From the NCBI GenBank assembly GCA_045637825.1, contig JAZUAD010000018.1:1251-65250 (forward strand): a stretch of 64,000 nucleotides of DNA, written 5' to 3'. Shown here piece after piece: positions 15,505 through 26,810 of the stretch (positions within the stretch are counted from its first letter, which is position 1; each line of letters begins with the position of its first letter). The notes under the pieces were generated by a model. The model was not told the origin of the DNA and made no database searches. It saw only the letters and a program-made list of their open reading frames with translations. Source of the stretch: Candidatus Onthoplasma sp. Lineage in GTDB: Bacteria > Bacillota > Clostridia > Christensenellales > UBA1242. A program made the translations under genes and the position numbers.

Positions 15505-17304
15505 TTAATCTTCAATTTTTAATATTGATATAAATGCTTCACTAGGAAGTTCCACGCTTCCTAATTTACGCATACGCTTTTTGCCTTCTTTTTGTTTTTC
15601 AAGCAGTTTACGTTTACGTGTAACATCTCCACCATAACATTTAGCCAAGACGTCCTTACGAACCGCACTAATAGTCTCTCGGGCAATAACTTTTCCACCT
15701 ATCACTGCTTGAATAGGAATTTCAAACAAGTGTCTAGGTATAACTTCCTTTAATTTTTCACACAATGACCTACCCCTAGCATACGCCTTAGACCTATGCA
15801 CAATAATAGATAAAGCATCACACACATCACCATTTAAAAGTATGTCCATCTTTACCAAATCGCTTTCTTGATAACCACAAAGTTCGTAATCCATACTAGC
15901 ATAACCCTTTGATAAACTTTTAATCTTATCAAAAAAGTCATATACAATTTCGTTAAGTGGCATTATATAACTAAGTTTTGTACGATTAGCGTCTAAGTAC
16001 TGCATATTTTTATATTCACCACGTCGGTCACTACATAAATCCATAATATTACCCAAATAGTCAGGTGGAGTAATAATTTCCATCTTTACCATTGGCTCTT
16101 CCATACTTTCAATTGCTTGAATACTTGGCATAAAACTAGGATTAGATATTAAGTATGCTTCCTTATTAACTTCCTTGATTTTATACTCAACACTAGGTGC
16201 AGTTGTTATAAGGTCTAAGTTAAATTCACGCTCTAGTCGTTCATTAATAATTTCCATATGAAGCAGTCCTAAAAATCCACATCTAAAGCCATGACCTAAT
16301 GCCGTACTGGTTTCTTTTTCAAAGTGAAGTGACGCATCATTGAGTTGCAACTTTTCAAGAGCATCTTTTAGTTCTTCATACTTGCTACCATCTAATGGAA
16401 AAATTCCGCTAAACACCATAGGCACCGCCACCTTAAAACCCTCTAATGGTTTAGGTGTAGGATTTTCAACCAAAGTAATTGTGTCTCCCACCTTTGTATC
16501 GCTTACATTTTTAATACTAGCACAAATATATCCAACATCACCCGCTTGCAAAATTTCGGTTTCTACATTTTTAGGCGCGAATATACCAACTTCAGTCACA
16601 TCAAAACTTTTTCCAGTTTGCATAAATTTAATAGTATCGCCCGCTTTAACACAGCCATCTACTATTCGCACCATACTAACAGCGCCCTTGTAACTATCAT
16701 AATAACTATCAAATATTAGTGCCTTTAGCGGTGCATTAACATCACCTTTTGGTGGTGGCACATTTTCAACCACACGCTCTAAAACTTGTTCAATATTTAG
16801 TCCTGTTTTAGCCGAAATACGAGGAGCATCTTCGGCCGGTATTCCAATAATATCTTCAATTTCCTTAATAACTTTATCTGGGTTAGCACTAGGCAAATCA
16901 ACCTTATTAAGTACTGGTATAATTTCTAGTTTTGCATCAAACGCAAGATACACATTAGCAAGGGTTTGCGCTTGCACGCCTTGCGCTGCATCTACTACTA
17001 AAATAGCACCCTCACACGCCATAAGCGAACGTGACACTTCGTACGAAAAGTCCACGTGCCCAGGGGTGTCAATCAAGTTTAAAGTATATTCCTCACCCTT
17101 GTAGTTATATTTCATTGTAGTAGGTGTAAGTTTAATGGTAATTCCACGCTCACGTTCTATATCCATACTATCTAATAATTGCGCACTCATATCACGCTTG
17201 GCAACCGTATTAGTAAATTCAATAAATCTGTCCGCCAAAGTGCTTTTACCATGGTCGATATGCGCCACTATACAAAAGTTTCTAATTCTATCCTGTCTGT
17301 CCAT
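15505..17304 (-). CDS. lepA: Translation elongation factor 4 (LepA)
   Basis: [29 protein letters not shown] GTPase motifs and the LepA C-terminal domain; the start could also be 17331. Confidence 0.95.
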   Translation of the reverse strand: MDRQDRIRNFCIVAHIDHGKSTLADRFIEFTNTVAKRDMSAQLLDSMDIERERGITIKLTPTTMKYNYKGEEYTLNLIDTPGHVDFSYEVSRSLMACEGAILVVDAAQGVQAQTLANVYLAFDAKLEIIPVLNKVDLPSANPDKVIKEIEDIIGIPAEDAPRISAKTGLNIEQVLERVVENVPPPKGDVNAPLKALIFDSYYDSYKGAVSMVRIVDGCVKAGDTIKFMQTGKSFDVTEVGIFAPKNVETEILQAGDVGYICASIKNVSDTKVGDTITLVENPTPKPLEGFKVAVPMVFSGIFPLDGSKYEELKDALEKLQLNDASLHFEKETSTALGHGFRCGFLGLLHMEIINERLEREFNLDLITTAPSVEYKIKEVNKEAYLISNPSFMPSIQAIESMEEPMVKMEIITPPDYLGNIMDLCSDRRGEYKNMQYLDANRTKLSYIMPLNEIVYDFFDKIKSLSKGYASMDYELCGYQESDLVKMDILLNGDVCDALSIIVHRSKAYARGRSLCEKLKEVIPRHLFEIPIQAVIGGKVIARETISAVRKDVLAKCYGGDVTRKRKLLEKQKEGKKRMRKLGSVELPSEAFISILKIED

Positions 17305-17460
17305 AAATTTCCTTTGTTTAATATCCTTCATTTTAGTATATCAAATTTTTTACAAACTTAAAAGTGTTTTTTATTATATTTTTAATTTATTATGAAATAT
17401 TGTCTTAGTACAAGCAACAATATTATGCTTTTTTCATATATTTACCTTAAGTGAGGTCGT

Positions 17461-18165
17461 ATGATATTTGAAAGCATTGGTGCTTTTTTAACACGTCTTA
17501 CATTTTTCTATGCCTATGTTGACAACCACTCATCGTTTCCAAAGCCCTTAGATAAAGATGATGAAAATATGCTGGTAGAACGTATGAATAAAGGTGACAA
17601 TCAGGCAAAAATACGATTAATTGAACATAATATGCGACTAGTTGCACATATTGTAAAAAAATACTCCAGTACCGCTGAAGCGGATGATTTGATTTCAGCT
17701 GGTTCAATAGGACTTATTAAAGCGCTTAACTCATACAGCATCGAAAAAGGCGCATCACTTTCTACTTATGCTTCTCGCTGTATCGAAAATGAGATATTAA
17801 TGCTATTACGTAGTAATAAAAAACATATTGTGGTGGATAGTTTAGATGAAACCTTAGGTAGTGATAGTGATGATAGCGATATTTCCCTAATGGATACAAT
17901 CCCCGAAAAAGATGAAGATGATGTGTTTTTTAGGGTAAACAATACAATATTAATGGAAAACATTGATAAAATAATGCAACAAAAACTAAGCAAGCGTGAA
18001 TATTTTGTTGTTAAATATCGATATGGGTTAAACAATTCCCCCGCTTATACTCAACGAGAAGTTGCCGATATGCTAGATATTAGCCGAAGTTATATCTCCC
18101 GTATTGAAAAAAAAGCCCTAAGTATACTTAGGACTTATCTCGATAAAGATGTGTTTTTAGATTAA
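17461..18165 (+). CDS. sigK: Sporulation sigma factor, pro-sigma-K type
   Basis: Pro-sequence followed by YVDNHSSFPKPL; IEHNMRLVAHIVKKY, ARCIENEILM and ISRSYISRIEKKAL closely resemble B. subtilis SigK. Confidence 0.75.
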   Translation: MIFESIGAFLTRLTFFYAYVDNHSSFPKPLDKDDENMLVERMNKGDNQAKIRLIEHNMRLVAHIVKKYSSTAEADDLISAGSIGLIKALNSYSIEKGASLSTYASRCIENEILMLLRSNKKHIVVDSLDETLGSDSDDSDISLMDTIPEKDEDDVFFRVNNTILMENIDKIMQQKLSKREYFVVKYRYGLNNSPAYTQREVADMLDISRSYISRIEKKALSILRTYLDKDVFLD

Positions 18166-18193
18166 ACATATCTTTTTAAATTTCAAAATTTCC

Positions 18194-18724
18194 TTATGAG
18201 TGAGAAATTAAACCTTTTTCTTCCTTAACCTGGGTTAATGTGCGTTGAATATCCATAACTTGCTCATCAGTTAATTCGTCACTATGCTCCATAATTAATT
18301 TTTGAATAATGGTAGCATAACCTCTTTTTCTTATAATATATTCAATATTTACCAACTCTTTCTTGGTTGCAATTTCATCTTCTATTGTCTTCACTTGCTC
18401 TTCCAATTGATTTTTAATATCATCAATATGGGTTTCTGTCCAAGTTGAATTATCTAATGATGCTGTATATTTTGGTTCTACCAAACAATCAACTTCAGTA
18501 TCAAAAGCAATAATTAAAGTACTATTACTATTTGCCTCATCTCTAATAAAGCGTAAATTACACAATGTTTCATACTTGCTATTAGTATGTTCTAAAAATT
18601 TAGATGCTCCATTAACTTCATTAAAATATATTTTAAACGTATTATGTTTCTTAGATACTGGTAATATTTCTATTCTTGTTTCACCACTTTCCAACTTCTC
18701 TACACTTATATAACTATTATTCAT
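18194..18724 (-). CDS. Hypothetical protein (176 aa)
   Basis: AAGGAG RBS before ATG 18724. Confidence 0.55.
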   Translation of the reverse strand: MNNSYISVEKLESGETRIEILPVSKKHNTFKIYFNEVNGASKFLEHTNSKYETLCNLRFIRDEANSNSTLIIAFDTEVDCLVEPKYTASLDNSTWTETHIDDIKNQLEEQVKTIEDEIATKKELVNIEYIIRKRGYATIIQKLIMEHSDELTDEQVMDIQRTLTQVKEEKGLISHS

Positions 18725-18829
18725 ACACATCTCCTTAAATCTATTAGTTATATTATTGCACACATCTTAACACTTGTCAATATCGAAATTTAAAATAATT
18801 AAAAAATAAAAAACTCTATTTCTAGAGTC

Positions 18830-19588
18830 TTATTTTAATACATCAATATTATCCACTATTATATTATTTGAATTTTGTTTTGCTTTAATATAATCTTGTT
18901 TTGTTTTAACCGTCCAAGCAAGCACAGGAATATCCATCTTGTTAACGTATTTATTAGGTAAATTGTTAAGATTGTATGACACAAAGTCAATATGAGAAAA
19001 GTTTTTAAAAAACAATTTTTTTATAGGGATTTTTTTATAAAATTTCAAGTGGTCATCTTCAAAAAAGCTGGATAATTGACCTCTTAAAATATTAGGCATA
19101 ACTTTATAACAACGCCTTAACACAAACGGATTAAACGATTGAATAAATATTATCCCTGTGTAATTATCTAACAACTCCTTAAGTTTTGGCACCAACTTTT
19201 TCATATTATTGTTAGATTTAATTTCAATAAGAATAGGAACTTTACCTTTAACTAAATCTAACACTTCTTTTAAAAGCGGAATTGTATAATTTGTATTAAC
19301 TAGTTTATATTGTTTAATTTGGTCATATGTCAATAACTTCATATATTCATTAGCACCTGTCATACGACGCAAATTATCATCGTGAAACACCACTAATTGA
19401 TTATCCTTAGTTAAATGAATATCCAATTCTATACCCAAATTTAATTGCATTGCCTTTTCAAACGCGGGCAAACTATTTTCGGGAAACTCATTATGTACAC
19501 CTCTGTGCGCAAATGGTCTACGCAACAAATCTCGATATTTATCTTTATCATACACTCTTTGTATTACTGGAACAAACTCTTTTTTCAT
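18830..19588 (-). CDS. Glycerophosphodiester phosphodiesterase family protein
   Basis: AHRG...PENSLPAF...ELDIHLTKDNQLVVFHDDNL signature. Confidence 0.8.
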   Translation of the reverse strand: MKKEFVPVIQRVYDKDKYRDLLRRPFAHRGVHNEFPENSLPAFEKAMQLNLGIELDIHLTKDNQLVVFHDDNLRRMTGANEYMKLLTYDQIKQYKLVNTNYTIPLLKEVLDLVKGKVPILIEIKSNNNMKKLVPKLKELLDNYTGIIFIQSFNPFVLRRCYKVMPNILRGQLSSFFEDDHLKFYKKIPIKKLFFKNFSHIDFVSYNLNNLPNKYVNKMDIPVLAWTVKTKQDYIKAKQNSNNIIVDNIDVLK

Positions 19589-19689
19589 AATATATTAATA
19601 TTCCTTTATATTAAAAATATTTTTTACTTTACAAAATAAGACAAAAGTTTTAGACATTAACATCTAAAACTTTTAGCCATAATTATATT

Positions 19690-20322
19690 TTAAACTACTT
19701 TAGCAATAAACTTGTAGCCATATTTCTTACATACTGTCTCAAAGCAACGATATAGTTTGGAATAAATAGAACTTTCAACAAACTTTTCCCAGTCAACACT
19801 TTTTCCGCCCAAATCCAGTTCGATAGTATCTTTAACTTTACGTACTTTTATATGTGTAATCTTATTGCAAACCGATAATTCTTCACTGGTGTCAGCCCAC
19901 TCATCTTTAATTCTATCAGCACCAAAATCCATTTTGTCCGCCAAAATCATACAAGCAGATACACTATCATAAAAATTATCGTTTCGTCTACCAGTATGAC
20001 TAGCAATGGCACCACAAATCACATTAATATCCTTTGTTGGAACTTTATGTTTTTTAAGATAAGTTCTAGCCATTTCAGCACCAGTTTGTGCGTGCAAATT
20101 TCCGCCATTTAGATGTCCAATATTATGTAAAGAGCAGGCAATTAGCAATAATTCCTTTTCCTTAGCGGTCAAATCAAAACAGTTGGCAAGTTGTTTAGCA
20201 TATTCAATAGTGCCTAAAGTATGTACTATTCCATAGTGTTTAGGTTTGTCTTTATTAAGTATGTCAATTTGAGTTAAAATTGCCATAATTTCCCTATCTT
20301 GCAAAATATCTAAATATTTCAT
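19690..20322 (-). CDS. HD-domain-like protein in which the HD dyad reads HN
   Basis: VHTLGTIEYAKQLA ... ACSLHNIGH ... ILADKMD layout of the HD superfamily. Confidence 0.55.
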   Translation of the reverse strand: MKYLDILQDREIMAILTQIDILNKDKPKHYGIVHTLGTIEYAKQLANCFDLTAKEKELLLIACSLHNIGHLNGGNLHAQTGAEMARTYLKKHKVPTKDINVICGAIASHTGRRNDNFYDSVSACMILADKMDFGADRIKDEWADTSEELSVCNKITHIKVRKVKDTIELDLGGKSVDWEKFVESSIYSKLYRCFETVCKKYGYKFIAKVV

Positions 20323-20471
20323 TTATACCCCCATACAAACAAAAAAACAAATCATTTATACAATTATCTCAGTTTTGCTTATTATTATAATACATAATAC
20401 AACATTAAAATAAATTTTGCAACAAAAAAATCGACATAATATCGATTTTTCGTTTTTTTATTAAATATATA

Positions 20472-21458
20472 TTAAAAATCTAATCTATCCACATCTTCGT
20501 TAGAATAAATGAACTCATCATCATCTAACCTGCGACCTGTCGATGTTACATATCCTTCCTCATCTAAATAAACAGGTGTACCTTGAACATCCATACCTAC
20601 ACACTTATAGGCATTTGTATTAAATTCATCTTCTTCCCTTTCATCGTGTCTAACTAGCAAATTACGTTCGGAGTCATATATTATTTTTTCCTTAGCAACA
20701 GGTTCTCTAAATAAATTAACGGTTTTACCTTCGCATATAAATATAGGATTAAAGTCAATATCATATCCTATCATATGAAATTTACGACCCTGTTTAACAA
20801 CTTTTTCCTTAGGTTTAGGTGTTACTATTAGCGGATTAGTTCCTTTATATTTATAGCCAGTAATGCTTCCGCTAGCATTTACATTATGGGTAGTCAACCT
20901 ACTAGTTTTTTCAATCGCCTCGCTAGGTAAAACCTCTTTATTCGCACAATACATTGATGCAATATTTTGCATTGTTAAGTGTATAGCGGTTTCCCTAACA
21001 TCTTCATTTAGTTCTATTTTTTCAGCATCTTGTTCAACCTTTTTAGGTTTGCCTGTACCTACTAATTGTCTTAGGTTAAAAAACTTAACTTTAGCCACTT
21101 TGGTATTATCTATAATTAATTCCACATCTTTAGCTTTCACCGAGCGATACATCTTATAATGTTTGTATAAAGATTGTAATATTTTACATCTAAAGTCCAA
21201 AAATATCAATAAATCTTCGCTGGAAAGGTTGTCCAACCAGTTTTGAACCGGAACTTTACCTTGCTCCTTTATACGATTGTCAAATTCATTCATTGAATAA
21301 ATACCAAAGTTACTTAAAAACACTTCTCTGGTATGACCTAACAATAGTTTAAGTTGGTTACGGTCAAAAAATGAACACAACAAGTTACTATATTCCTCGT
21401 TTTTTTCCTTAACCAAATCCCTAATTACGTTCCAGCGTTGCCTTTCAGTTAGTTGCAT
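20472..21458 (-). CDS. Hypothetical protein (328 aa)
   Basis: AGGAGG RBS before ATG 21458. Confidence 0.55.
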   Translation of the reverse strand: MQLTERQRWNVIRDLVKEKNEEYSNLLCSFFDRNQLKLLLGHTREVFLSNFGIYSMNEFDNRIKEQGKVPVQNWLDNLSSEDLLIFLDFRCKILQSLYKHYKMYRSVKAKDVELIIDNTKVAKVKFFNLRQLVGTGKPKKVEQDAEKIELNEDVRETAIHLTMQNIASMYCANKEVLPSEAIEKTSRLTTHNVNASGSITGYKYKGTNPLIVTPKPKEKVVKQGRKFHMIGYDIDFNPIFICEGKTVNLFREPVAKEKIIYDSERNLLVRHDEREEDEFNTNAYKCVGMDVQGTPVYLDEEGYVTSTGRRLDDDEFIYSNEDVDRLDF

Positions 21459-21590
21459 AATCAACCTCCTAAACAATATTTTTGGCGTATCTTTATTAAT
21501 ATATTATATCAAAATATTATTTTTGTCAAGATGTAGGGCTAAATATGTAAAAAAATAGCGATATTTGTCATACCGCCATTTTTATATATT

Positions 21591-24500
21591 TTAGTTTTTA
21601 GTCCACTTAGCATATAATGTTAAGTCTTCTTCGGTAGCGTAACCAATGTTTACTTGTGTTCCGCCATCTACTGCTGTGTACCAACCAGCAAAGGTATAAC
21701 CATCACGTACAGGTGTAGGAAGTTCAGTAACCATTTCCTCAGTTAGTTCGATAGTAGCACTTGTATAATCCTTTTCAAATTCAATTATACTACACTTAAA
21801 CTTCAAGCAGTCGTCACCATTATTTACACTTCCATCTTTACGATACTTTATATATATAAAGTGTTCGCCAGTAGTATCAATATTATATGTTATAGTAGCA
21901 GAATATTCATACGTATCACCAAATGAATAATAATAACCTGTTGAATCATAATCGTCAACACCTTCAGGCAATGCAGTATCATCTAAATTACCAAACAAAC
22001 CAAAGTCATAACCACCTTCACCATCACATATTGCCTCAAAGGTAATAGTATCACCCGCATTAGCAGTAAATGTAATCTTAACCATTGCATAAGAATCACC
22101 TATTCCTTGGTTTTGGCTTACATAATAACCATCTTCATCTAAAGCAAAACCATACTCAAAATTAGTTATTTGTACGCCACCAGTTGTTTCTCCACTAATA
22201 ACGTCCTCAAAGGTATAATCGTCCATACCGCTAACGCCCTCAAAGGTACCATTATTAGTATTTAAAGTAAGTGTTGGTTTTACACGATACCAGTAGTAAT
22301 AACCTTTCGTGGCAAGTAACTCTATAACCTCTTTCATATTAGTTTTATCTACTTTGGTTCCACCAGTATAACTGCTATTACTTGTATAATACCACATACC
22401 TCTTAAACTAATTGATGTTAACCCTGAGCCATAAAAAGCATAGTATCCAATTTTTGTAACACTATTAGGTATAATAATACTGGTTAATGACTTACAACCA
22501 TAGAACATATAGCCACTTATCGTTGTTATAGATTCAGGCAGTGTAACATTAGTTAAACCACCACAATTATTAAATGCATAATTTGTTTTTGTTAAATTTA
22601 CACAACCTGTTAAATCTACACTAGTTAAAGTTTTAATAGAACCAAAAGCATAACTACCTATTGTGGTTAAATTTGTGTATCCCCTTAGATTTACACTGGT
22701 TATATTAGTGTTATAGAAAGCATAGGTTTTAATTTCGGTAGTTCTGCTATCCAAATTAATACTAGTTACACTTGCACGAATTGTTGCAGGACATAGGGCT
22801 ATAAAGTCGGTACCATATACATAGTACTTAACTCCATTAATAGTTTGTATACGACTAGCAGTACTAGCACTTGTGTGCACTACTTTAGCATAGTACGCTG
22901 TATAACCATAACCAGTAGAACCAATAGTAAAATTTAATTTTGTAGACAAATCATATACTTCTGCCAAAGCATAACAATTTTGAAATGCATAATAACCGGT
23001 AAAACTAGTCACTCCACTTGGTATTGTAATGCTAGTTAAACTATAACAATTATAGAATGTGTAAGCATTTATTGTGGTTAGTCCACTAGGCATTTCAAAC
23101 CCTTGTAATGAATGACAATTATAAAAAGCATAAGCTCCAATACTTGATATGTTACTACAAGCACTAGTATCTACACTAACCAAACTTTCACATCCATAAA
23201 AAGCACATTCATTAATTCTGGTAGTATTAGCGTGCAACGTAATACTGGTTAAACTGCTGTCTGCTAACCCTGTTACTATATAACTACTGGCGTTCTCCAC
23301 ATAATACTTAACATTATCAATAACTGTATAGTTACTAGCACTACTTGCACTAGTATGAATAGTTTTAGCATAGTAGGCAACATAACCATTTGTGGTTGCG
23401 CCTTTAGTTAATGTTATACTTGACGATAAATTGTATACCTCTAATATATTATAGCAAGATTGAAAAGCATAATTTCCAATACTTGTTAGTCCACTAGGTA
23501 GAGTAATAGAGGTTAACATCCTACAACTAGAAAAAGCATATGTTTCAATAGTTTTAAGTCCGCTAGGAAGAGTAATATTGGCTAAAGCATAACAAGAAGA
23601 AAACGCAGAACTAGGTATATTGGTTATACCATTAGGTAAATTGATACTAACCAAACTAGAACAATCACTAAATACAAACGCACCCAATGTAGTTACACTA
23701 TTAGGCAATGTAATGGAAACAATTTGTTTACAATAATTAAAAGCATATGCACCTATAGTAGTTAAATTAGTACAAGAACTAAAATCAATACTCTCTACTT
23801 TGCTAGGATTATTATAGTATTCAATTGGATAAAAAGCATAATTACGTATTTTAGTAGTATTGCTATGTAGGGTTATACTAGTTGCCTCTTTATCAACCAT
23901 ACCTATTGCTATATAACTATTAACTGATTCAGGATAATATATTATATTGTCAATTTCAACCAAAGCACTTTCTTGCATAGTATCATACACTACAGCAGCA
24001 TAATAACCCACATAACCGTAACCTGTACTACCAACAGTCACGCCTAAACCAGCCAAATCATATACTTCAGCTAAGGAATAGCAACTTTGAAACGCAGAAT
24101 CACCTACACTACTTAAATTGCTAGGCAATACAACACTAGTTAACCTATAACAATCATAAAAAGCATATCCTTCTATACTTGTTACACTTGCAAAATTGGC
24201 AGAAGAAAGTGAATAACAGTCATAAAATGCATTATATCCGATAGTAGTTAAATTTGTTAAATCTTCAAAGTTTACATATTTTAATTTTTGACAATAATTA
24301 AATGCATTATCACCGATGGATGTTATTGTGCTAGGTAAGATAATGCTAGTTAAACTAGATGCTAAAGCAAAGGTTTCTGCAGGGATTGATGTAAGCGGTG
24401 CTAGTATTGTAATACTTTTAACGTGACTTGCAACACCACTAAATACTGTCTCAAAACCCCAAGCATCGCTATACCAGCTGCCTGGTAATCCTGTAATATA

Positions 24501-25442
24501 TGCTTCACCATGCACTCCATCATCATACTTTTCAGGTATTATCAAATCTTCAGGTAATCTAGTATAATTACCAGGAGTTGCTTGTCCACCATACCAATCT
24601 GCTTCATTGAAAAAATGTCCATAAGGGTCTATCATTTTATAACTATTGGTTGCGCTGTTCCAAGCAATCCAATCGGCTGGAAGGATATTGCTTTGTTCAA
24701 ACTTAGCATACAATTGAGTGCCTTGTGATGCAATTGGGAACACTGCAGGAATAGTACATTCCTCATCTAAATACCAACCCATAAACTCCTTACCCGAAGG
24801 TGGCTCTGGAGTAACAGGTTCCTCCACTGGTTGACCCTTAACAATAGTTTTGCTAACCGTTACACCATTAGCGGTATATGAATATGTACCCGCAATACCA
24901 TAGTACCAAACTATGCTGGTAGAAAAGTTTACTGGTACGCTAACCTCTTCAGTGGTGGTAACAAATATGTAAACATACATCTTAGTACCTTGGTTACCCA
25001 TTGCTTGAGTTTCGTAATACGAACTAGTAACAATAGTTTCATCTAAATCCAATGGTTCAAAACTATATTTATAACTAATGGTAATATTTTCTATTTCTGG
25101 GATTTGTTTGATACCAACAGCCATTGTATCCGCCATCTCAGCCACAAATATATATTCATACGCCTTAACCTTAGGTTCCGCTTCAGTACCATTTACATCT
25201 GGGCTGTAGTAGTAACTAATTTCATCGCCCCTAGCACATTTAACAATTTCCACCTCACCTGGTTTATATGTATGTGTGGTCGGCTTTATTATATTTGGCT
25301 TAACGCTTTGACTAGGCGCTGATGGAGTTGGATTATTAGGGCTAGGATTTTTTCCATTTAACCCTACAAGACCAACAACAAAAGCAATAGCCATTGTGAC
25401 TACCACGCTTAGACTTAATACTAATTTCTTGATTTTGGACAT
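21591..25442 (-). CDS. Large secreted/surface protein (1283 aa) with BspA-type LRRs and Listeria-Bacteroides repeats
   Basis: N-terminal signal/TM; many xxAFxxCxxLTSIxLP units; FMGWYLDEE...LYAKF and YTFAGWYTAVDGG...LYAKWT repeats. Confidence 0.85.
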   Translation of the reverse strand: MSKIKKLVLSLSVVVTMAIAFVVGLVGLNGKNPSPNNPTPSAPSQSVKPNIIKPTTHTYKPGEVEIVKCARGDEISYYYSPDVNGTEAEPKVKAYEYIFVAEMADTMAVGIKQIPEIENITISYKYSFEPLDLDETIVTSSYYETQAMGNQGTKMYVYIFVTTTEEVSVPVNFSTSIVWYYGIAGTYSYTANGVTVSKTIVKGQPVEEPVTPEPPSGKEFMGWYLDEECTIPAVFPIASQGTQLYAKFEQSNILPADWIAWNSATNSYKMIDPYGHFFNEADWYGGQATPGNYTRLPEDLIIPEKYDDGVHGEAYITGLPGSWYSDAWGFETVFSGVASHVKSITILAPLTSIPAETFALASSLTSIILPSTITSIGDNAFNYCQKLKYVNFEDLTNLTTIGYNAFYDCYSLSSANFASVTSIEGYAFYDCYRLTSVVLPSNLSSVGDSAFQSCYSLAEVYDLAGLGVTVGSTGYGYVGYYAAVVYDTMQESALVEIDNIIYYPESVNSYIAIGMVDKEATSITLHSNTTKIRNYAFYPIEYYNNPSKVESIDFSSCTNLTTIGAYAFNYCKQIVSITLPNSVTTLGAFVFSDCSSLVSINLPNGITNIPSSAFSSCYALANITLPSGLKTIETYAFSSCRMLTSITLPSGLTSIGNYAFQSCYNILEVYNLSSSITLTKGATTNGYVAYYAKTIHTSASSASNYTVIDNVKYYVENASSYIVTGLADSSLTSITLHANTTRINECAFYGCESLVSVDTSACSNISSIGAYAFYNCHSLQGFEMPSGLTTINAYTFYNCYSLTSITIPSGVTSFTGYYAFQNCYALAEVYDLSTKLNFTIGSTGYGYTAYYAKVVHTSASTASRIQTINGVKYYVYGTDFIALCPATIRASVTSINLDSRTTEIKTYAFYNTNITSVNLRGYTNLTTIGSYAFGSIKTLTSVDLTGCVNLTKTNYAFNNCGGLTNVTLPESITTISGYMFYGCKSLTSIIIPNSVTKIGYYAFYGSGLTSISLRGMWYYTSNSSYTGGTKVDKTNMKEVIELLATKGYYYWYRVKPTLTLNTNNGTFEGVSGMDDYTFEDVISGETTGGVQITNFEYGFALDEDGYYVSQNQGIGDSYAMVKITFTANAGDTITFEAICDGEGGYDFGLFGNLDDTALPEGVDDYDSTGYYYSFGDTYEYSATITYNIDTTGEHFIYIKYRKDGSVNNGDDCLKFKCSIIEFEKDYTSATIELTEEMVTELPTPVRDGYTFAGWYTAVDGGTQVNIGYATEEDLTLYAKWTKN

Positions 25443-25574
25443 AAACTTTCCCCTTTTGTGTTCTAATCATACTTAGTATACCACTAAAAAATAAAAAATG
25501 TCAAAACTTTTACAACATTTTTTGACATTTTTATTAATTTAATTTGAAATTATATATAAATATTTATATTATCC

Positions 25575-26639
25575 TTATTTAGTTGTGCCTTTTGATAATT
25601 GTTCTTGGATTAATTTTAACATCTTTTCCTTACCGCTACTCAAATCCAACTTTTTTAAATTACCTACCATTTCCTTAATGTTAGGCAAGGTAAGTTCTAT
25701 ACTTTTAAGCAAAGTACTATCACTAAGTTTAAACTCCTCCAAAATACTAGCACAGCCCAAACGATAAAAATATTGTGCATTTTGCACTTGGTCACCACGA
25801 GTTCTACCATTTTGCAACGGGATTAGCAACATCGGCTTGTGCATATAGGCACATTCAAATGTAACCCCCGCACCTGCCCTACCTATAATCAAGTCACTAA
25901 TACTCATAAGATATGGCACATTGTTAGTCATCTCCATTTGATTATAATTAACCGCTTTGTTTTTGGATAAATTACCTTTGCCCGTTAAATGAATTACATT
26001 ATATCGCTCACATAATTTATCCAAACTAGACCAAATCGCTTGATTTATTACTTTTGAACCTGAACTTCCACCTATTATTAAAATTGTAGGTTTGTTAAAG
26101 TCAATATCCAACTTAATATCTGCCTTGATATTTGAATATTTAAAACTATCCGAAATAACCGGACCTGTATATACTATATTTTTGTTAGGATTAGCCAAAT
26201 GCTCATAATTTACACACATAATGTTGCTAAAATGAAGTATTATCTTATTTGCTAAACCAAATGAATAATCACTTTCGTGCGAAATTATAGGAATTTTCAA
26301 CTTTCTGCCCGCAATACATACAGGAAGCGCTACAAAACCTCCCTTAGATACTATCAAATCGGGTTTTTGCTCCTTAAGTATTTTTTTTGCTTGTTTAATT
26401 GCACGCACCAGTTCAAAAGGCACTCGCAAATTAACTAAAAATTTTCCACGTCTTAACTTGGTTGCTTTTATTTCATAAAAATCAATACCCGACTTTTTAA
26501 TCCTATCTTTTTCAATACCATCAGTTCCTATATACATTTGTTTGTATTGCTTTAACTCCTCCGCCAAATACAAATTAGGCATTACGTGTCCTAAAGTTCC
26601 TCCACCAGTAAAGCAAATTTTTTTACCATCTCTTTTCAT
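25575..26639 (-). CDS. murG: MurG-family (GT28) glycosyltransferase
   Basis: FTGGGTLGHVMPN N-terminal G-loop, IIGGSSGS, GRAGAGVTFE C-terminal nucleotide-sugar motif. Confidence 0.65.
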   Translation of the reverse strand: MKRDGKKICFTGGGTLGHVMPNLYLAEELKQYKQMYIGTDGIEKDRIKKSGIDFYEIKATKLRRGKFLVNLRVPFELVRAIKQAKKILKEQKPDLIVSKGGFVALPVCIAGRKLKIPIISHESDYSFGLANKIILHFSNIMCVNYEHLANPNKNIVYTGPVISDSFKYSNIKADIKLDIDFNKPTILIIGGSSGSKVINQAIWSSLDKLCERYNVIHLTGKGNLSKNKAVNYNQMEMTNNVPYLMSISDLIIGRAGAGVTFECAYMHKPMLLIPLQNGRTRGDQVQNAQYFYRLGCASILEEFKLSDSTLLKSIELTLPNIKEMVGNLKKLDLSSGKEKMLKLIQEQLSKGTTK

Positions 26640-26766
26640 AAAATACCTCTCAACTATTTTATGCAACTAGATTAATTTTTATTATATTTTAATCCGCCAA
26701 CTATTACTTTAAATATTCTTCACTGTTAGAATTATTAAAAATTTTTAAAAATTTTGTAAAATTGTG

Positions 26767-26795
26767 TTGACTTTGGTTTTTGATTGTGCTAAAAT
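26767..26795 (+). promoter_or_regulatory. tRNA-Lys promoter
   Basis: TTGACT - 17 nt - TAAAAT with TGn; A/T-rich UP-like region upstream. Confidence 0.55.
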
Positions 26796-26810
26796 ATCCA
26801 AGTAATCTAT

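Noticed and set aside
16340-17395. Plus-strand ORFs overlapping lepA (16340-16693, 17135-17395, 17179-17361)
   Set aside because: They are antisense to a highly conserved GTPase gene and have no RBS.
22300-24450. Regular ~70-75-nt periodicity that could be mistaken for a repeat array or CRISPR
   Set aside because: The periodicity is the coding LRR unit of a continuous 1283-aa ORF. The repeats are degenerate at the DNA level and there is no spacer structure. No CRISPR array is visible anywhere in the window.
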